From positions 1,950,001 through 1,982,000 of the forward strand of contig NC_008789.1 of assembly GCF_000015585.1 (NCBI RefSeq): a stretch of 32,000 nucleotides of DNA, in the 5' to 3' direction. A program made the translations under genes and the position numbers. How positions within the stretch are numbered: the first letter of the stretch is position 1; each line of letters starts with the position of its first letter. Source of the DNA: Halorhodospira halophila SL1 (lineage in GTDB: Bacteria > Pseudomonadota > Gammaproteobacteria > Nitrococcales > Halorhodospiraceae). Of this stretch, positions 20,118 to 31,130 are shown one piece after another. The notes under the pieces are model-generated. The model ran no database searches, had not been told where the DNA came from, and saw only the letters and a list, made by a program, of their open reading frames with translations.

Positions 20118-21612
20118 CCACGATCTCCAAGTCTTGGTCGCTGCCCGCCTGTTCCCTGGCGGCATCGGCACGTGCCTGAGAGAGGCCACGCAGATAGTCC
20201 TGGCTGACGCCTCCGGTCACGTAGTGCCCGTTGAAGCAGGAACTATCGAACTGCCGGATCTCCGGATTGCCATCGGCCACGGCCGCTTCCAGGTCGTCGA
20301 GTTCCTGGTAGATCATGCGGTCGGCACCGATCGCCGCCGTGATCTCGGCCTCATCTCGGTTATGGGCGATGAGCTCTTCGGGGGCCGGCATATCGATACC
20401 GTAGACGTTGGGGTAGCGCACCGGCGGGGCGGCGGAGGCGAGATAGACCCGCCGCGCCCCGGACTCGCGGGCCAGCTGCACCAGCTGCTGCGAGGTGGTG
20501 CCCCGGACCACCGAGTCGTCCACAAGCAGGACGTTCTTGCCCGCGAACTCCAGCGGGATGGGGTTGAGCTTCTGACGCACCGATTTCTTGCGCGCCGCCT
20601 GCCCGGGCATGATGAAGGTGCGCCCGACGTAGCGGTTCTTGATGAAGCCCTCCCGGGACTCCACGCCCAACTGGTAGGCCAGCTGCATGGCGACGGTGCG
20701 GCTGGTGTCCGGGATCGGGATGATCACATCGATATCGTGATCGGGCCACTCGCGCCGGATCTTGGCCGCCAGCCGCTCGCCCATACGCAGACGTGCCTTG
20801 TGCACGGCCACGCCGTCGACAATGGAGTCGGGCCGGGAGAGGTAGACGTACTCGAACAGGCACGGGGCGTGGATAGGATCCTCGGCACACTGGCGGGTGT
20901 GCAGGACACCATCCATGTCGATGAAGATCGCCTCGCCCGGAGCCACCTCGCGCACCAGGCGGAAGCCGAGCATATCCAGCGCCACGCTCTCCGAAGCGAT
21001 CAGGTACTCCCGCCCCTGCTCGGTATCGCGCTCGCCGAAGCACAGCGGGCGGATGCCGAAGGGGTCACGGAAGGCGAGAATGCCGTAGCCGTTGATCATC
21101 GCCACGGCCGAGTAGGCGCCGTGGCAGCGCCGGTGGACCTGCTCGACGGCACTGAACAGATCGCTGGGCTCGAGCCGGCCGTGGGGGCAGACACTCAACT
21201 CGTGGGCGAGGATGTTGAGCAGGATCTCCGAGTCGGAGTTGGTGTTGATATGGCGTCGGTCCGTACGGAAGAGCTCCTGCTTGAGCTCCTCGGTATTGGT
21301 CAGGTTGCCGTTGTGCGCCAGCGAGATGCCGTAGGGCGAGTTGACGTAGAAAGGCTGCGCTTCGGCGGAACTCTCGCAGCCGGCGGTGGGATAACGAACG
21401 TGGCCAATACCGACATTGCCGGTCAGGCGCATCATGTGCCGGGTCCGGAAGACATCCCGCACCAGGCCGTTGCTCTTGCGCAGGCTCAACTGCCCCTGGT
21501 CATAGGTAATGATCCCGGCAGCGTCCTGACCCCGGTGCTGGAGCACGGTCAGCCCCTCGTAAAGGTCCTGGTTCACCGGCCCCTTGGCCACCATTCCGAT
21601 TACGCCACACAT
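20098..21612 (-). CDS. purF: amidophosphoribosyltransferase
   Basis: The N-terminus [34 protein letters not shown] carries the nucleophile Cys. The PRTase motif is [18 protein letters not shown] lies 6 nt upstream of the ATG. Confidence 0.96.
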   Translation of the reverse strand: MCGVIGMVAKGPVNQDLYEGLTVLQHRGQDAAGIITYDQGQLSLRKSNGLVRDVFRTRHMMRLTGNVGIGHVRYPTAGCESSAEAQPFYVNSPYGISLAHNGNLTNTEELKQELFRTDRRHINTNSDSEILLNILAHELSVCPHGRLEPSDLFSAVEQVHRRCHGAYSAVAMINGYGILAFRDPFGIRPLCFGERDTEQGREYLIASESVALDMLGFRLVREVAPGEAIFIDMDGVLHTRQCAEDPIHAPCLFEYVYLSRPDSIVDGVAVHKARLRMGERLAAKIRREWPDHDIDVIIPIPDTSRTVAMQLAYQLGVESREGFIKNRYVGRTFIMPGQAARKKSVRQKLNPIPLEFAGKNVLLVDDSVVRGTTSQQLVQLARESGARRVYLASAAPPVRYPNVYGIDMPAPEELIAHNRDEAEITAAIGADRMIYQELDDLEAAVADGNPEIRQFDSSCFNGHYVTGGVSQDYLRGLSQARADAAREQAGSDQDLEIVDVHNQA

Positions 21613-21656
21613 GGATTGCTCCTACCTCTTGCTAGGCACCGGAACGGCCGACGGAC

Positions 21657-22220
21657 TCACGGCCGCCGCCCGGCGCAGTATTCGGCCCAGTAATCCGGCA
21701 AGCCATCGAAGCCCTCCATTGCCTCGCCCTCAACGGGCGGTTGCCAATCAAAGTCCTCCAGCCAGGCATCCAGGCCGGCTCGACAGATCCACGGCTTGAT
21801 CCCCGGCAGCACCACCGACTCCTGCCAGGCCCGCTCCTGGGTCATTGGCGAGAAACCGAGCAGCAACACCACCAGCGCCACCACCACCGCGCCACGCGCA
21901 GCCCCGAACAACACGCCCAGAAGCCGATCGGTGCCCCCGAGCCCGGTGCGCGTCACCAACACCGAGAGGGCATTATTGAGCAGCGCCCCGAGGATCAGCG
22001 TGCCCACAAAGAGCCCGACAAAACCGGCACCCAGGCGGATCGTCGGCGAGGCGATCCACTCCTCGAGCAACAGCGCCACGGCCCCGGAATAGCGCACCGC
22101 GATCCAGAAGGCGGCCACCCAGACGAGTACCGAGAGGACCTCGCGCACGAAACCGCGGATCAGGCTGATCCCCGCCGACAGTGCGATGACGCCGACGATG
22201 ACGAGGTCGAGCCAGTTCAT
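21657..22220 (-). CDS. cvpA: CvpA-family membrane protein (colicin V production protein)
   Basis: MNWLDLVIVGVIALSAGISLIRGFVREVLSVLVWVAAFWIA begins a product with four predicted TM segments. It holds the conserved dedD-cvpA-purF position. The ATGA overlap with dedD is at 22217-22220. Confidence 0.88.
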   Translation of the reverse strand: MNWLDLVIVGVIALSAGISLIRGFVREVLSVLVWVAAFWIAVRYSGAVALLLEEWIASPTIRLGAGFVGLFVGTLILGALLNNALSVLVTRTGLGGTDRLLGVLFGAARGAVVVALVVLLLGFSPMTQERAWQESVVLPGIKPWICRAGLDAWLEDFDWQPPVEGEAMEGFDGLPDYWAEYCAGRRP

Positions 22221-22849
22221 CGCGACACCACGTACCCCTCCACCCCGGCCTCGTCAGCGGCGCGCTCGAGCAACGCCTGCGCCTCGTCCCGCTCCATGAC
22301 CGGACCGATGCGCACACGGTGGAACGACGACCCCTCGCCGTCCGGCGACTCGATGTAGGCCGGCAACCCGAGATCGCGGATGCGGTCGCGCTCCCGCTCG
22401 GCGTTCTCTGCCTCCTGGAAACTGCCCACCTGGACCGAGTACGCCCCCTGCTCCCGACTGGCGATGGCGATGCCGTTCACCTCGTCGACCGCCTCGTCGG
22501 TGGTTTCGTCCTCGGTGGCGGTCTCCTCGGGCTCGTCCCGCGCCTGCTCCTCATCCTCGTCCCGTTCGGGCTCGTCGGGGCTGGCCGGCTCGTCATCCGA
22601 GGCCTCCGGCTCCTCGAATCCGGCCGGCTCCTCGGCGGTGAAATCTTCCGGCTCCTCGTCGAGATCCTCCGGCGGCTGCTCGGCCAGCTCCTCGGGTTCC
22701 GGCTGATCGTCGGGGCGGGGCGGAACCTCGACCGGCACATCCACGTCCTCGGCCTCATCGGAGCCGGAGAAGATCATCGGCAGGAAGATCACGGCCAGGG
22801 CGACCAGGACCGCGGCCCCAACCAACTGTCGTTTCGTGCTTGGATCCAT
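22217..22849 (-). CDS. dedD: SPOR-domain cell-division protein (DedD-like)
   Basis: An N-terminal TM segment (LVGAAVLVALAVIFLPMIF) precedes a long acidic/Pro linker. The C-terminal SPOR-like fold is YSVQVGSFQEAENAERERDRIRDLGLPAYI...FHRVRIGP. It sits between folC and cvpA. Confidence 0.75.
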   Translation of the reverse strand: MDPSTKRQLVGAAVLVALAVIFLPMIFSGSDEAEDVDVPVEVPPRPDDQPEPEELAEQPPEDLDEEPEDFTAEEPAGFEEPEASDDEPASPDEPERDEDEEQARDEPEETATEDETTDEAVDEVNGIAIASREQGAYSVQVGSFQEAENAERERDRIRDLGLPAYIESPDGEGSSFHRVRIGPVMERDEAQALLERAADEAGVEGYVVSR

Positions 22850-22852
22850 CGC

Positions 22853-24157
22853 CTACCCCCAGCCTTGCTGCGCTTGTACGGCGGCCACAGTGCGGAAGGA
22901 GCCAAAGACCACAACCCGATCGCCGGGCCCGGCCTGGCCCTGGAGAGCGGCCAGGGTGGTCGCCACCCCGTCACCGCAGTGCACCACCGACTCACCCGCG
23001 TCGGCAAGCTGGCTGGCCAGTTCATCGGCGTTGCGCATATCCGGCTCATCCAGCTGCGGCAGGTACCAGGCGTCGATCCGACCACTCAACGCCGCGACCA
23101 ATGCCCGGGCATCCTTGCGCGCCGCCACGGCGAAGAGGGCTCGCGTTTGCCCGGTGACCGTTCGGTCATCCAGCACCCGGGCGAGCTCCTCCGCACCATC
23201 GGCATTATGCGCGACATCCAACAGCCACTCCAGTGACCCGGCCTCGATCCGCTCCAGACGCCCGGGCACCCGCACCCCATCCAGGAGCCTGGCGACGGCC
23301 GCCGCGTCCACGCCAACCGCCTCCGGCAGCTGAACGAGGGCGGCCAAGGCGGTAGCCACGTTGCCGCGCGCAGCGCACCCCGGGATCCCCGAGGCCGGCA
23401 GCCCCCCCCAGTGGTACTCGCCACAGCGCCACCACCAGCGCCCGTCGGCCTCGGCGGAGAACGTCCACTCCACCCCGGCCTGCGCGACCTCGGCGCCGAC
23501 CTCCAGCGCCGACTGACGCAGCGCCGCCGGGGCGTCCTGCTGACCGATCACCGCCGGTCGCCCCTTGCGGAAGATGCCGGCCTTCTCGGCGGCAATCGCC
23601 TGCAGGTCGTCGCCGAGGAATTCGGCGTGGTCGCGGGCAATCCGGGTGACCACCGCCACATCCGCGTCGATGGCGTTCACAGCGTCCAGCCGCCCGCCCA
23701 GCCCCACCTCCAGGATCCAGACCCGAGCACCGCTGCGCGCAAAGAGATCGAAGGCGGCCAGGGTCGTATGCTCGAAATAGGTCAGACTGACGTCAGCGTC
23801 GCCCCGGGCCTCCTCGACCCGGCCCAGCGCCTTGACCAATGGGGCATCGGCCACCTCGACCCCGTCGAGGCGCATCCGCTCGTTAAAGCGCTGGAAATGG
23901 GGCGAGGTGTAGAGGGCTGTGCTCACCCCGAGACCGCGCAGCAGCGCCTCCAGGGTCCGCGCCACACTCCCCTTGCCGTTGGTCCCACCGACCGTAACCA
24001 CCCGCGCCGCCGGGGCGAGGACACCAAGGCGCAGGCCCACGGCGGCCACGCGCTCCAGACCGAGGTCGATGGCCGTCGGGTGAGCCGCTTCCAGTCGGGC
24101 CAGCCAACCCTCAAGATCTGGCGGAGCGGCCGGCTGCGGCCTGCGGGCACCGTTCAT
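22853..24157 (-). CDS. folC: bifunctional folylpolyglutamate synthase / dihydrofolate synthase
   Basis: The Mur-ligase P-loop is [10 protein letters not shown], followed by [13 protein letters not shown]. The ATGA overlap with accD is at 24154-24157. Confidence 0.92.
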   Translation of the reverse strand: MNGARRPQPAAPPDLEGWLARLEAAHPTAIDLGLERVAAVGLRLGVLAPAARVVTVGGTNGKGSVARTLEALLRGLGVSTALYTSPHFQRFNERMRLDGVEVADAPLVKALGRVEEARGDADVSLTYFEHTTLAAFDLFARSGARVWILEVGLGGRLDAVNAIDADVAVVTRIARDHAEFLGDDLQAIAAEKAGIFRKGRPAVIGQQDAPAALRQSALEVGAEVAQAGVEWTFSAEADGRWWWRCGEYHWGGLPASGIPGCAARGNVATALAALVQLPEAVGVDAAAVARLLDGVRVPGRLERIEAGSLEWLLDVAHNADGAEELARVLDDRTVTGQTRALFAVAARKDARALVAALSGRIDAWYLPQLDEPDMRNADELASQLADAGESVVHCGDGVATTLAALQGQAGPGDRVVVFGSFRTVAAVQAQQGWG

Positions 24158-25164
24158 GCGTTGCGGGGGTCGCCCTCGTCCTGGCTCTCACCAGCCTGAT
24201 CCCCCGCCGCCCCAGCGGGCCCGGCCTCCTCGGCCGGCGCCTCGGGCTCTGCGCTCTCCGGCTCAGGGTCGACGGTTGCCGCGGGGGCGGGGGCCGGCGC
24301 CACCGAGACATCTCCGCCGAGCTTGCCCATCAGCGAGGCGATCTCGTCACGCATATCGCGCCGATCAACAATCATGTCGATGGCTCCGTGGTCGAGAAGG
24401 AACTCGGCCCGCTGGAAGCCTTCCGGCAGCGTCTCACGCACGGTCTGCTCGATCACCCGCGGTCCAGCAAAGCCGATCAATGCACCGGGCTCGGCGATGA
24501 TGACGTCCCCCAGGGTCGCCAGACTGGCCGAGACACCACCCATGGTCGGATCGGTCAGTACCGAGATGTACGGTACGCGCGCCTCGTTGAGTCGCGAGAT
24601 GGCCGCCGAGGTCTTGGCCATCTGCATCAACGAGAACAGCGCCTCCTGCATGCGGGCACCACCCGAGGCCGAGAAACAGACCAGCGGGATGTCGTTGGCC
24701 CGCGCCTCTTCGGCGGCGCGGCAGAAGCGTTCACCGACGATGGTGCCCATGGACCCGCCCATGAAGCCGAACTCGAAGGCGCAGACCACCACCGGCCGCT
24801 GATGCACGGCACCACGCATCGCCACCAGGGCGTCGTTCTCGCCGGTGGCCTTCTGCGCCTGGTTCAGACGATCCCGATAGCGCTTGCTGTCACGAAAACG
24901 CAGGAAATCCGACGGCTGCAGTTCTGCACCGATCTCAACCGCCTCGCAGGACTCGTCCAGAAACAGCCGCAGGCGCTGCCGGGCCGAGATCCGCATGTGC
25001 GCACCGCACTTCGGGCAGACCTCGAGATTGCGCTCCAGATCCGGGCGATAGAGGATCCCCTGGCAGGACTCGCACTTGGTCCACAGGCCCTCTGGAACAC
25101 TGCGACTGCGCGGACCGGCGTCGGTCCGGATCCGCCGCGGCATGAGTTTCTGAAACCAGCTCAC
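24154..25164 (-). CDS. accD: acetyl-CoA carboxylase carboxyltransferase beta subunit
   Basis: (M)SWFQKLMP begins the protein. The zinc ribbon is CESCQGILY...CPKCGAHMR, and FMGGSMG and [10 protein letters not shown] are collinear with E. coli AccD. The GTG start overlaps the trpA stop. The acidic/Pro C-terminal tail of about 50 aa is longer than in E. coli. Confidence 0.95.
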   Translation of the reverse strand: MSWFQKLMPRRIRTDAGPRSRSVPEGLWTKCESCQGILYRPDLERNLEVCPKCGAHMRISARQRLRLFLDESCEAVEIGAELQPSDFLRFRDSKRYRDRLNQAQKATGENDALVAMRGAVHQRPVVVCAFEFGFMGGSMGTIVGERFCRAAEEARANDIPLVCFSASGGARMQEALFSLMQMAKTSAAISRLNEARVPYISVLTDPTMGGVSASLATLGDVIIAEPGALIGFAGPRVIEQTVRETLPEGFQRAEFLLDHGAIDMIVDRRDMRDEIASLMGKLGGDVSVAPAPAPAATVDPEPESAEPEAPAEEAGPAGAAGDQAGESQDEGDPRNA

Positions 25165-25982
25165 GAGTCACCCCCCGTCGTCGTGTCGTCCATCGCCCGG
25201 CGCAGGGCCAGGACGGCATCGCGCAGACGCTCGGGCAGATCCGCCGCCGCCCCGTGCTCACCAATCATACGCACCAACGCGCTGCCGACGATCACGCCGT
25301 CGGCACACGGCGCCAGTGCCGCGGCACTTTGCGGATCACGCACCCCGAATCCGACGGCCACCGGTAGATCGGTCACCCGACGGATGCCGGCGACCTGCTG
25401 CCCGACCAACCCGGCGTCCAGGTCCGCCGACCCGGTCACCCCCTTGAGGGCCACCGCGTAGACAAAACCGCCGGCCACCGAACAGACCCGCTCCACGCGT
25501 TCGGCGCTCGTATTGGGCGCCACCAGGTAGATCAGATCGACACCCTGGACCCGGGCCTCATCGGCCAACGCCCCGGCCTCCTCCGGCGGCAGGTCAACGG
25601 TGAGCAGGCCGTCGACGCCGGCGGCCGCCGCATCGCGAACGAAGGCGCGATAACCGGCAGCCTCGAGGATATTGGCGTAGCCCATGAAGACCACCGGCGT
25701 GTCCGGATCCTCCTCTCGGAAGCGGCGCACCACCTCGAACAGCCGCGCCGGCGTCGTGCCGGCCGCCAGGGCCCGGGCACACGCCGCCTGGATCACAGGA
25801 CCGTCAGCCATCGGATCGGAGAACGGCACGCCAATCTCGATGACGTCGGCGCCGCCGGCCACCAGGGCGTGCATCAGGCGCACGGTGTCATCGGGCGACG
25901 GGTCGCCACCGGTGATGTAGGGAATCAAGGCCGTCCGGCCGGCGGAACGGCAGGCACGGAAACGTTCAGCGATGCGGCTCAC
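25161..25982 (-). CDS. trpA: tryptophan synthase alpha chain
   Basis: [35 protein letters not shown] and a GFGV-type region are present. The GTGA overlap with trpB is at 25979-25982. Confidence 0.95.
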   Translation of the reverse strand: MSRIAERFRACRSAGRTALIPYITGGDPSPDDTVRLMHALVAGGADVIEIGVPFSDPMADGPVIQAACARALAAGTTPARLFEVVRRFREEDPDTPVVFMGYANILEAAGYRAFVRDAAAAGVDGLLTVDLPPEEAGALADEARVQGVDLIYLVAPNTSAERVERVCSVAGGFVYAVALKGVTGSADLDAGLVGQQVAGIRRVTDLPVAVGFGVRDPQSAAALAPCADGVIVGSALVRMIGEHGAAADLPERLRDAVLALRRAMDDTTTGGDS

Positions 25983-27199
25983 AGCTCGATGCCCTCCTGC
26001 GCCGCGACCGTGGCGATGTCCTTATCGCCCCGCCCGGAGAGATTGACCACCAGCGCAGCGTCCGGGCCGAGTTCCGCGGCCAGGCGTTCCGCGTGGGCGA
26101 CGGCGTGGGAGGTCTCCAGCGCCGGCAGGATGCCTTCGGTGCGGCTGAGCCGGTGGAAAGCGGCCAGGGCCTCGGCGTCGGTGACCGTCACATACTCGGC
26201 GCGCCCGGAATCCTTCAGCCACGCGTGCTCAGGGCCGACGCCGGGGTAATCGAGCCCGGCGGAGATCGAATGCGTACCGATGATCTGCCCCTCGTCGGAC
26301 TCCATCAGGTAACTGCGCGCACCGTGGAGCACACCGGGGCGGCCGGCGTTGAGCGGGGCGGCGTGCCGGCCGGAGGCCAGGCCCTCGCCCCCGGCCTCGA
26401 CCCCGACGAGCCGGATATCGGCGTCATCCAGGAACGGATGGAAGATCCCCAGGGCGTTGGAACCGCCGCCGACGCAGGCGACCACGGCGTCGGGCAAGCG
26501 CCCCTCGCGCTCCAGGATCTGCGCTCGGGTCTCGACACCGATGACCCGCTGCAGGTCGCGAACCAGCGTCGGGTAGGGATGGGGACCGGCGACGGTGCCG
26601 ATGATGTAGAAGGTGTTGTCGATATTCGCCACCCAGTCGCGCATCGCCTCGTTCATGGCGTCCTTGAGGGTGCGCGTCCCGGCGTCCACGGCGCGGACCT
26701 CAGCGCCGAGCAGACGCATCCGGTAGACGTTGGCGGCCTGGCGCTGCACGTCGTCGGCCCCCATGTAAACGACGCACTCCAGCCCCATGCGTGCCGCGAC
26801 GGTTGCCGTAGCCACGCCGTGCTGCCCCGCCCCGGTCTCGGCGATGATCCGCGTCTTGCCCATGCGCGCGGCCAGCACCGCCTGCCCCACGGTATTGTTG
26901 ACCTTGTGCGCGCCGGTATGGGCCAGATCCTCGCGCTTGAAGTAGATGCGTGCACCGCCGGCGCGGGCGGTCAGCCGCTCGGCCAGGTACAGCGGAGTGG
27001 GCCGACCGACGAAATCCCGCAACTCGCGATCGAGCTCGGCCTGGAAACCCGGGTCGCGGCGCGCCTCGGCGTACGCCTCGGTCAACTCCTCGAGCGGCCC
27101 GACCAGGGTCTCGGAGACGAACCGCCCCCCGAACCGGCCGAAGTGCCCATCATGCTCCTCGGCGGGGCCGCCGCCGTCCTGCTCAGGTCTCATCGCCAC
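25979..27199 (-). CDS. trpB: tryptophan synthase beta chain
   Basis: [13 protein letters not shown] is followed by [16 protein letters not shown] (PLP lysine) and GGGSNALG. The start is the GTG at 27199 or the ATG at 27193, and both overlap the trpF 3' end. Confidence 0.96.
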   Translation of the reverse strand: MAMRPEQDGGGPAEEHDGHFGRFGGRFVSETLVGPLEELTEAYAEARRDPGFQAELDRELRDFVGRPTPLYLAERLTARAGGARIYFKREDLAHTGAHKVNNTVGQAVLAARMGKTRIIAETGAGQHGVATATVAARMGLECVVYMGADDVQRQAANVYRMRLLGAEVRAVDAGTRTLKDAMNEAMRDWVANIDNTFYIIGTVAGPHPYPTLVRDLQRVIGVETRAQILEREGRLPDAVVACVGGGSNALGIFHPFLDDADIRLVGVEAGGEGLASGRHAAPLNAGRPGVLHGARSYLMESDEGQIIGTHSISAGLDYPGVGPEHAWLKDSGRAEYVTVTDAEALAAFHRLSRTEGILPALETSHAVAHAERLAAELGPDAALVVNLSGRGDKDIATVAAQEGIEL

Positions 27200-27806
27200 G
27201 TTCCACCTCCGCGAGAAACCGGGCTATGCGCTCCCGGTCCTTGATCCCCGGCTCCGACTCGACGCCGCTGCTAACATCCACGGCGAAGGGGCGCACCTTG
27301 CGCACCACCTCCGCCACATTCTCGGCGCTCAGACCGCCAGCCACCGTGAGCCCGCGCACGCCGCCCGGGATGGTGTCGTGGTCGAAGGACTCACCCCGAC
27401 CCCCGCGCTCGCCGACGCGGTGGCTATCGAACAGAAACCCGCTGGCATCCGGATAGGCCGCCACGTACTCGGACGGATCCGCCCCGCCCCCCATGGGCAC
27501 CGCCTTCACGTAGCGACGCTCGTAGTGGCGGCAAAGTTCCGGCGCCTCGTTGCCGTGGAACTGCAGGGTATCCAAGTGCAGGCCTTCCACGGCCACCTCC
27601 ACCTGCCCCGGCTTGGGATCGACGAACAGACCGACCACCGAGACGAAGGCCGGGACGGCCGCCACAATGGCTCGGGCCTCTTTCATGTCCACGGCACGCG
27701 GGCTGGCATCGCAAAACACCAGACCGATGGCATCGGCACCCAGCTCGACAGCGGCTGCGGCATCTTCCGGGCGGGTAACCCCGCAGATCTTGACGCGCGT
27801 GCGCAC
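27183..27806 (-). CDS. trpF: phosphoribosylanthranilate isomerase
   Basis: (M)[30 protein letters not shown] begins the protein, with LQFHGNE further in. The GTG at 27806 has AAGGGGGA about 8 nt upstream. Confidence 0.9.
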   Translation of the reverse strand: MRTRVKICGVTRPEDAAAAVELGADAIGLVFCDASPRAVDMKEARAIVAAVPAFVSVVGLFVDPKPGQVEVAVEGLHLDTLQFHGNEAPELCRHYERRYVKAVPMGGGADPSEYVAAYPDASGFLFDSHRVGERGGRGESFDHDTIPGGVRGLTVAGGLSAENVAEVVRKVRPFAVDVSSGVESEPGIKDRERIARFLAEVERGDET

Positions 27807-27866
27807 GCTCGGCGTCCCCCTTCAGCGGCTCCAAGGAAAGCGCAAATGTTACCGCGTGGGCGAGCT

Positions 27867-28667
27867 TTACGCCAAAAACGGCCACTGCCCCCGGGTCGGG
27901 AGGCCGTAATGCGACGGGTAGACCACGCGGGTCAGGTAGAGCCCGGCCGCCGGGGCCGTCATCCCGCTGCGGGTCCGGTCGCCGGCGGCGAGCAATCCCG
28001 CGGGCCAATGCTCAGGCTGCTCGCCGGTTCCCACGGCCATCAGGGTGCCGGCGATATTGCGCACCATATGGTGCACGAAGGCGTTGGCCTCGATGTCGAT
28101 GAACAGCAGCTCGCCGTGGCGGTGCACATCGAGCCGATAGACCTCCCGCACCGCGTGGGGCGCCTGGCAGGCGGCGGCCCGGAAGGCCGAGAAATCGTGC
28201 TCGCCAACCAGGGCCTGGGCGGCCCGATGCATGCGCCCCTCATCCAGCTCGTGGTGGGTCCAGGCCACGCGGTGACGCAGAAGCGCCGGGCGGGCCCGCC
28301 GGCACAGGAAGACATAGCGGTACCCCCGCCGCTGCGCTTGATAGCGCGCGTGGAAATCCGCATCGACGGCGTGGGCCGAACGGACGCTGACCGTCTCGGG
28401 TAGCTGCGCATTGGTGCCCAGCACCCAGGCGTGCAGCGGCCGCGATGCGGTGGTATCGAAGTGGACCACTTGGGCGGCGGCGTGAACCCCGGCATCGGTG
28501 CGGCCGGCACAGACCACCGCCACCGGGTGATTGGCGATCCGCGACACAGCCCCCTCGAGGGCCTCCTGCACCGACGGGGCGTCGTCCTGTCGCTGCCAGC
28601 CGCTGAAGCCGGTGCCGTCGTACTCCAGCACCAGGGCAATGCGTTGCTCTGCCCCTCGTTCCGCCAC
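27867..28667 (-). CDS. truA: tRNA pseudouridine(38-40) synthase
   Basis: IALVLEYDGTGFSGWQRQ is followed by CAGRTDAGVHA (catalytic Asp) and FVHHMVRNI. It starts with GTG at 28667. Confidence 0.92.
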   Translation of the reverse strand: MAERGAEQRIALVLEYDGTGFSGWQRQDDAPSVQEALEGAVSRIANHPVAVVCAGRTDAGVHAAAQVVHFDTTASRPLHAWVLGTNAQLPETVSVRSAHAVDADFHARYQAQRRGYRYVFLCRRARPALLRHRVAWTHHELDEGRMHRAAQALVGEHDFSAFRAAACQAPHAVREVYRLDVHRHGELLFIDIEANAFVHHMVRNIAGTLMAVGTGEQPEHWPAGLLAAGDRTRSGMTAPAAGLYLTRVVYPSHYGLPTRGQWPFLA

Positions 28668-28678
28668 CGCCTGCCCGC

Positions 28679-31108
28679 CTACTCGCCGCTGAGCTCAGCC
28701 AGGATCTGCCGGGCACTCTCGCGCTGCGACTCGGTACCTTCCTCCAGGACCTCCTCCAGCAGGCTGCGGGCCCCCGGCTCGTCGCCCAGGTCGATGTACG
28801 CCCGGGCCAGGTCGAGCTTGGTATCGGCCTCATCGCCCTCGCCGACCCCCAGGGACTGCTCCGCCTCGGCCTCCAGGTCGCCCTCCGCGGGCCCCTCTCC
28901 GGCCTCATCCAGGTCGAGACCGCCCGGGGTGTCATCGTCTTCCTCGCTGAACAGGCTGTCGAGATCCATCTCGTCGAGTTCGTCGCCGGCGGCGTCATCC
29001 CCGCCAAAGAGCTCATCGGCCACGTCCTGCGCGCCGGCGCTCGCCTCCGGCTCACGCGTCATGGCCGGCTCCGGCTCCTCGGTGGCGTCCGGCTCGTTAT
29101 CGGTGGCGGGCGCCTCCGCGGCCTCCGGCTCCGTCTCCTGCGGCTGCTCGTCGAAGGCCGCATCCAGCCGGCGGTCGAAGTCGTCGTCCTCAGAGGTCGA
29201 CTGCGCACCGGCATCGTCGCCGTCGCCGCCGTCCAGCCCGAGGTCCAGATCCTCCAGATCCGGCTTGGTGTCGAGTCCGGCCTCGGCCTCCCCTGCTGAG
29301 TCCTCCGGGACCTCGGCATCCGTGGCCGCGTCCTCCGCCGCCGGGCGAGCCGCCGCGGCACCCGCGAACAGCGGGGCATCGGGTACGAAGGCCACACCCA
29401 GGGCCACGGCCGCCTGCCAGGCCGGATCGGCATCGCTGCGCGTCCGGTCGTAGAGATCCTGCGCCTGGGCCAGGAAGGCCTCCCGCTCACCCATGCGGGA
29501 GAGGACCTCCAGCAGCCGCAGGCGCAGATCGGTCCGCGCCGGCTCGCGATGGATGCCACGCTCCAGCACGTCCCGGGCCCGACGCAGATCGTTATCCGCC
29601 AGGTACTCGTCGGCTAGCTCCAGGGCATCCCGCCGGGCACTATGGTCGAAATCGAAGTCCAGGTCACCGCGATCGAGGCGCAGCCCCTCCGGCTCCTGGG
29701 TATTCGCACGCCGCCGCCGGCGGCGCAGCAGCAAGCCGGCAACCACGGCGAGCGCCAGCAGGGTTCCTCCGGTGGCGATCAGCATCTGCCGCCGTGCCTC
29801 CTCGTCGCGCCACAGGTCGGCGGCGGTGACATCACCGTCACCGGACAACCACTGCGCCCAGCCGACCTCTTCCTCGGGCTCTTCTTCGCGCTCGGGTGTT
29901 GGCGGATCGGCCTCCGTGGGCACCGGCTCCGCCTCGCGCAGGGGATCCAGGGGCTCATCCACCTCGGGCAGCGGCACGATCGGCGTCGGCTCGGCATCCG
30001 GCGGCGGCAGCAGCCCCTCCATGTCCAGGTCCACCAGCCGCTCGAGCGCTGCTACCCGCTGGCTCAGGTCTTCCACCTGCGCCTTGAGGCTTTCGCGCTC
30101 CGAGCGGAGACTGGCCCGCTCCTCGCGCAGGGCGGCCAGCGCCCCCTGCAGCCGGCGCACATTGGCCTCCGAGGCCTCCAGCTCGGTATCGAGGAGTGAC
30201 AGGACCTCTTCGGTGCCCTCCTCGTCACCGAGGGCGAGGATCCGCAGCCGGGCCTCCTCGGCGGTCGGTGCCTCTGCCACCTGCTCCGGATCCGGCAGAT
30301 CGGGGATCGGCACCGCCTCGTCGAGTTCCTCGATGGCCGCCCGGCGCTCGGCCGGCGGTACCCAGCTGTCCAGGTGGTCCTCATAGATGGCCTGAGCCTC
30401 GCCGGCGGTCAACTCCTCGATCTGCTCGCGACTGGGCAGTTTCAGCCACCAGCCGCTGAGCAGGTCGTTGACGTTGTCACCGGCGAAGGCGCGCGGGTTG
30501 AGCCGCTGGATGGCCAGCATCGTCTGCGCCACGGTGACGGAGTCATCCGGGCGGTGCTCCGAGGCGATCCGCCAGAGGGTATCCCCCTCTTCCACCGGCC
30601 CGTAGGCCGTCGAGCGGCGCTCACGCTCGCCGTCGCGGGTGATCTCCTCGAACGGCTCGCCCTCGCGAACCAGGGGCTGCCCTTGGGTCGGCGCATCCTC
30701 GTCAGCGGTCGTGGGACGTTCAAGGAGCAGGGTGTACTCGCGGACCAGGTCCCCTTCGGGCCAGCTGACCTGGATCAGGAAATCCAGCAGGGGCTGGTCG
30801 ATGGGCTCCTGACTGGTGACGGCAATATAGGGGGCGTCTTCGCCGGAGGCGACCAGCTCGAAGTCGAGCAACGACAATTCGGGCATCCGGTCGACCCCGG
30901 CCCGATTGAAGACTCGGCCCGGGGCTAGCCCGACATCGAGGCGCGCGAGTTCGTCGGGGCTAACGTCCCGCAAGGGGATCCGCGCCGAGACCGGCTCGCC
31001 GGCCTCGGAGCGCCCCTCGATGGTCCCGAGGCTGACCTCCACCGCGGCTGCCACTGAGACCAGTGACAGTCCCGCCAGGCCGGCGAGGCCGCGGATCGCC
31101 TTGCGCAC
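28679..31108 (-). CDS. fimV: FimV-family peptidoglycan-binding type IV pilus assembly/polar scaffold protein
   Basis: It starts with a signal peptide, (M)RKAIRGLAGLAGLSLVSVAAA, then a FimV N-domain and a LysM motif (YGPVEEGDTLWRIAS...TMLAIQRLNPRAF). A coiled coil and a single TM segment (LIATGGTLLALAVVAGLLLRRRRRR) follow. Last come a very acidic cytoplasmic region and the FimV C-terminal motif LDLARAYIDLGDEPGARSLLEEVL. The GTG at 31108 has AAGGGG 7 nt upstream. The track TTG at 31147 would overlap asd. Confidence 0.85.
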   Translation of the reverse strand: MRKAIRGLAGLAGLSLVSVAAAVEVSLGTIEGRSEAGEPVSARIPLRDVSPDELARLDVGLAPGRVFNRAGVDRMPELSLLDFELVASGEDAPYIAVTSQEPIDQPLLDFLIQVSWPEGDLVREYTLLLERPTTADEDAPTQGQPLVREGEPFEEITRDGERERRSTAYGPVEEGDTLWRIASEHRPDDSVTVAQTMLAIQRLNPRAFAGDNVNDLLSGWWLKLPSREQIEELTAGEAQAIYEDHLDSWVPPAERRAAIEELDEAVPIPDLPDPEQVAEAPTAEEARLRILALGDEEGTEEVLSLLDTELEASEANVRRLQGALAALREERASLRSERESLKAQVEDLSQRVAALERLVDLDMEGLLPPPDAEPTPIVPLPEVDEPLDPLREAEPVPTEADPPTPEREEEPEEEVGWAQWLSGDGDVTAADLWRDEEARRQMLIATGGTLLALAVVAGLLLRRRRRRANTQEPEGLRLDRGDLDFDFDHSARRDALELADEYLADNDLRRARDVLERGIHREPARTDLRLRLLEVLSRMGEREAFLAQAQDLYDRTRSDADPAWQAAVALGVAFVPDAPLFAGAAAARPAAEDAATDAEVPEDSAGEAEAGLDTKPDLEDLDLGLDGGDGDDAGAQSTSEDDDFDRRLDAAFDEQPQETEPEAAEAPATDNEPDATEEPEPAMTREPEASAGAQDVADELFGGDDAAGDELDEMDLDSLFSEEDDDTPGGLDLDEAGEGPAEGDLEAEAEQSLGVGEGDEADTKLDLARAYIDLGDEPGARSLLEEVLEEGTESQRESARQILAELSGE

Positions 31109-31130
31109 GGGCTCGCCCCTTCGTCCGCTG

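Noticed and set aside
22480-22720. Reiterated CCGGCTCCTCG-like units on the plus strand in dedD, and similar GC-rich periodic stretches in fimV (about 28850..29350). They superficially resemble tandem repeats.
   Set aside because: The units are imperfect and in frame, and they encode acidic/Pro low-complexity linkers (EEPE, DEEP, and so on) of DedD and FimV. There is no spacer/repeat architecture, so this is neither CRISPR nor a VNTR-type array.
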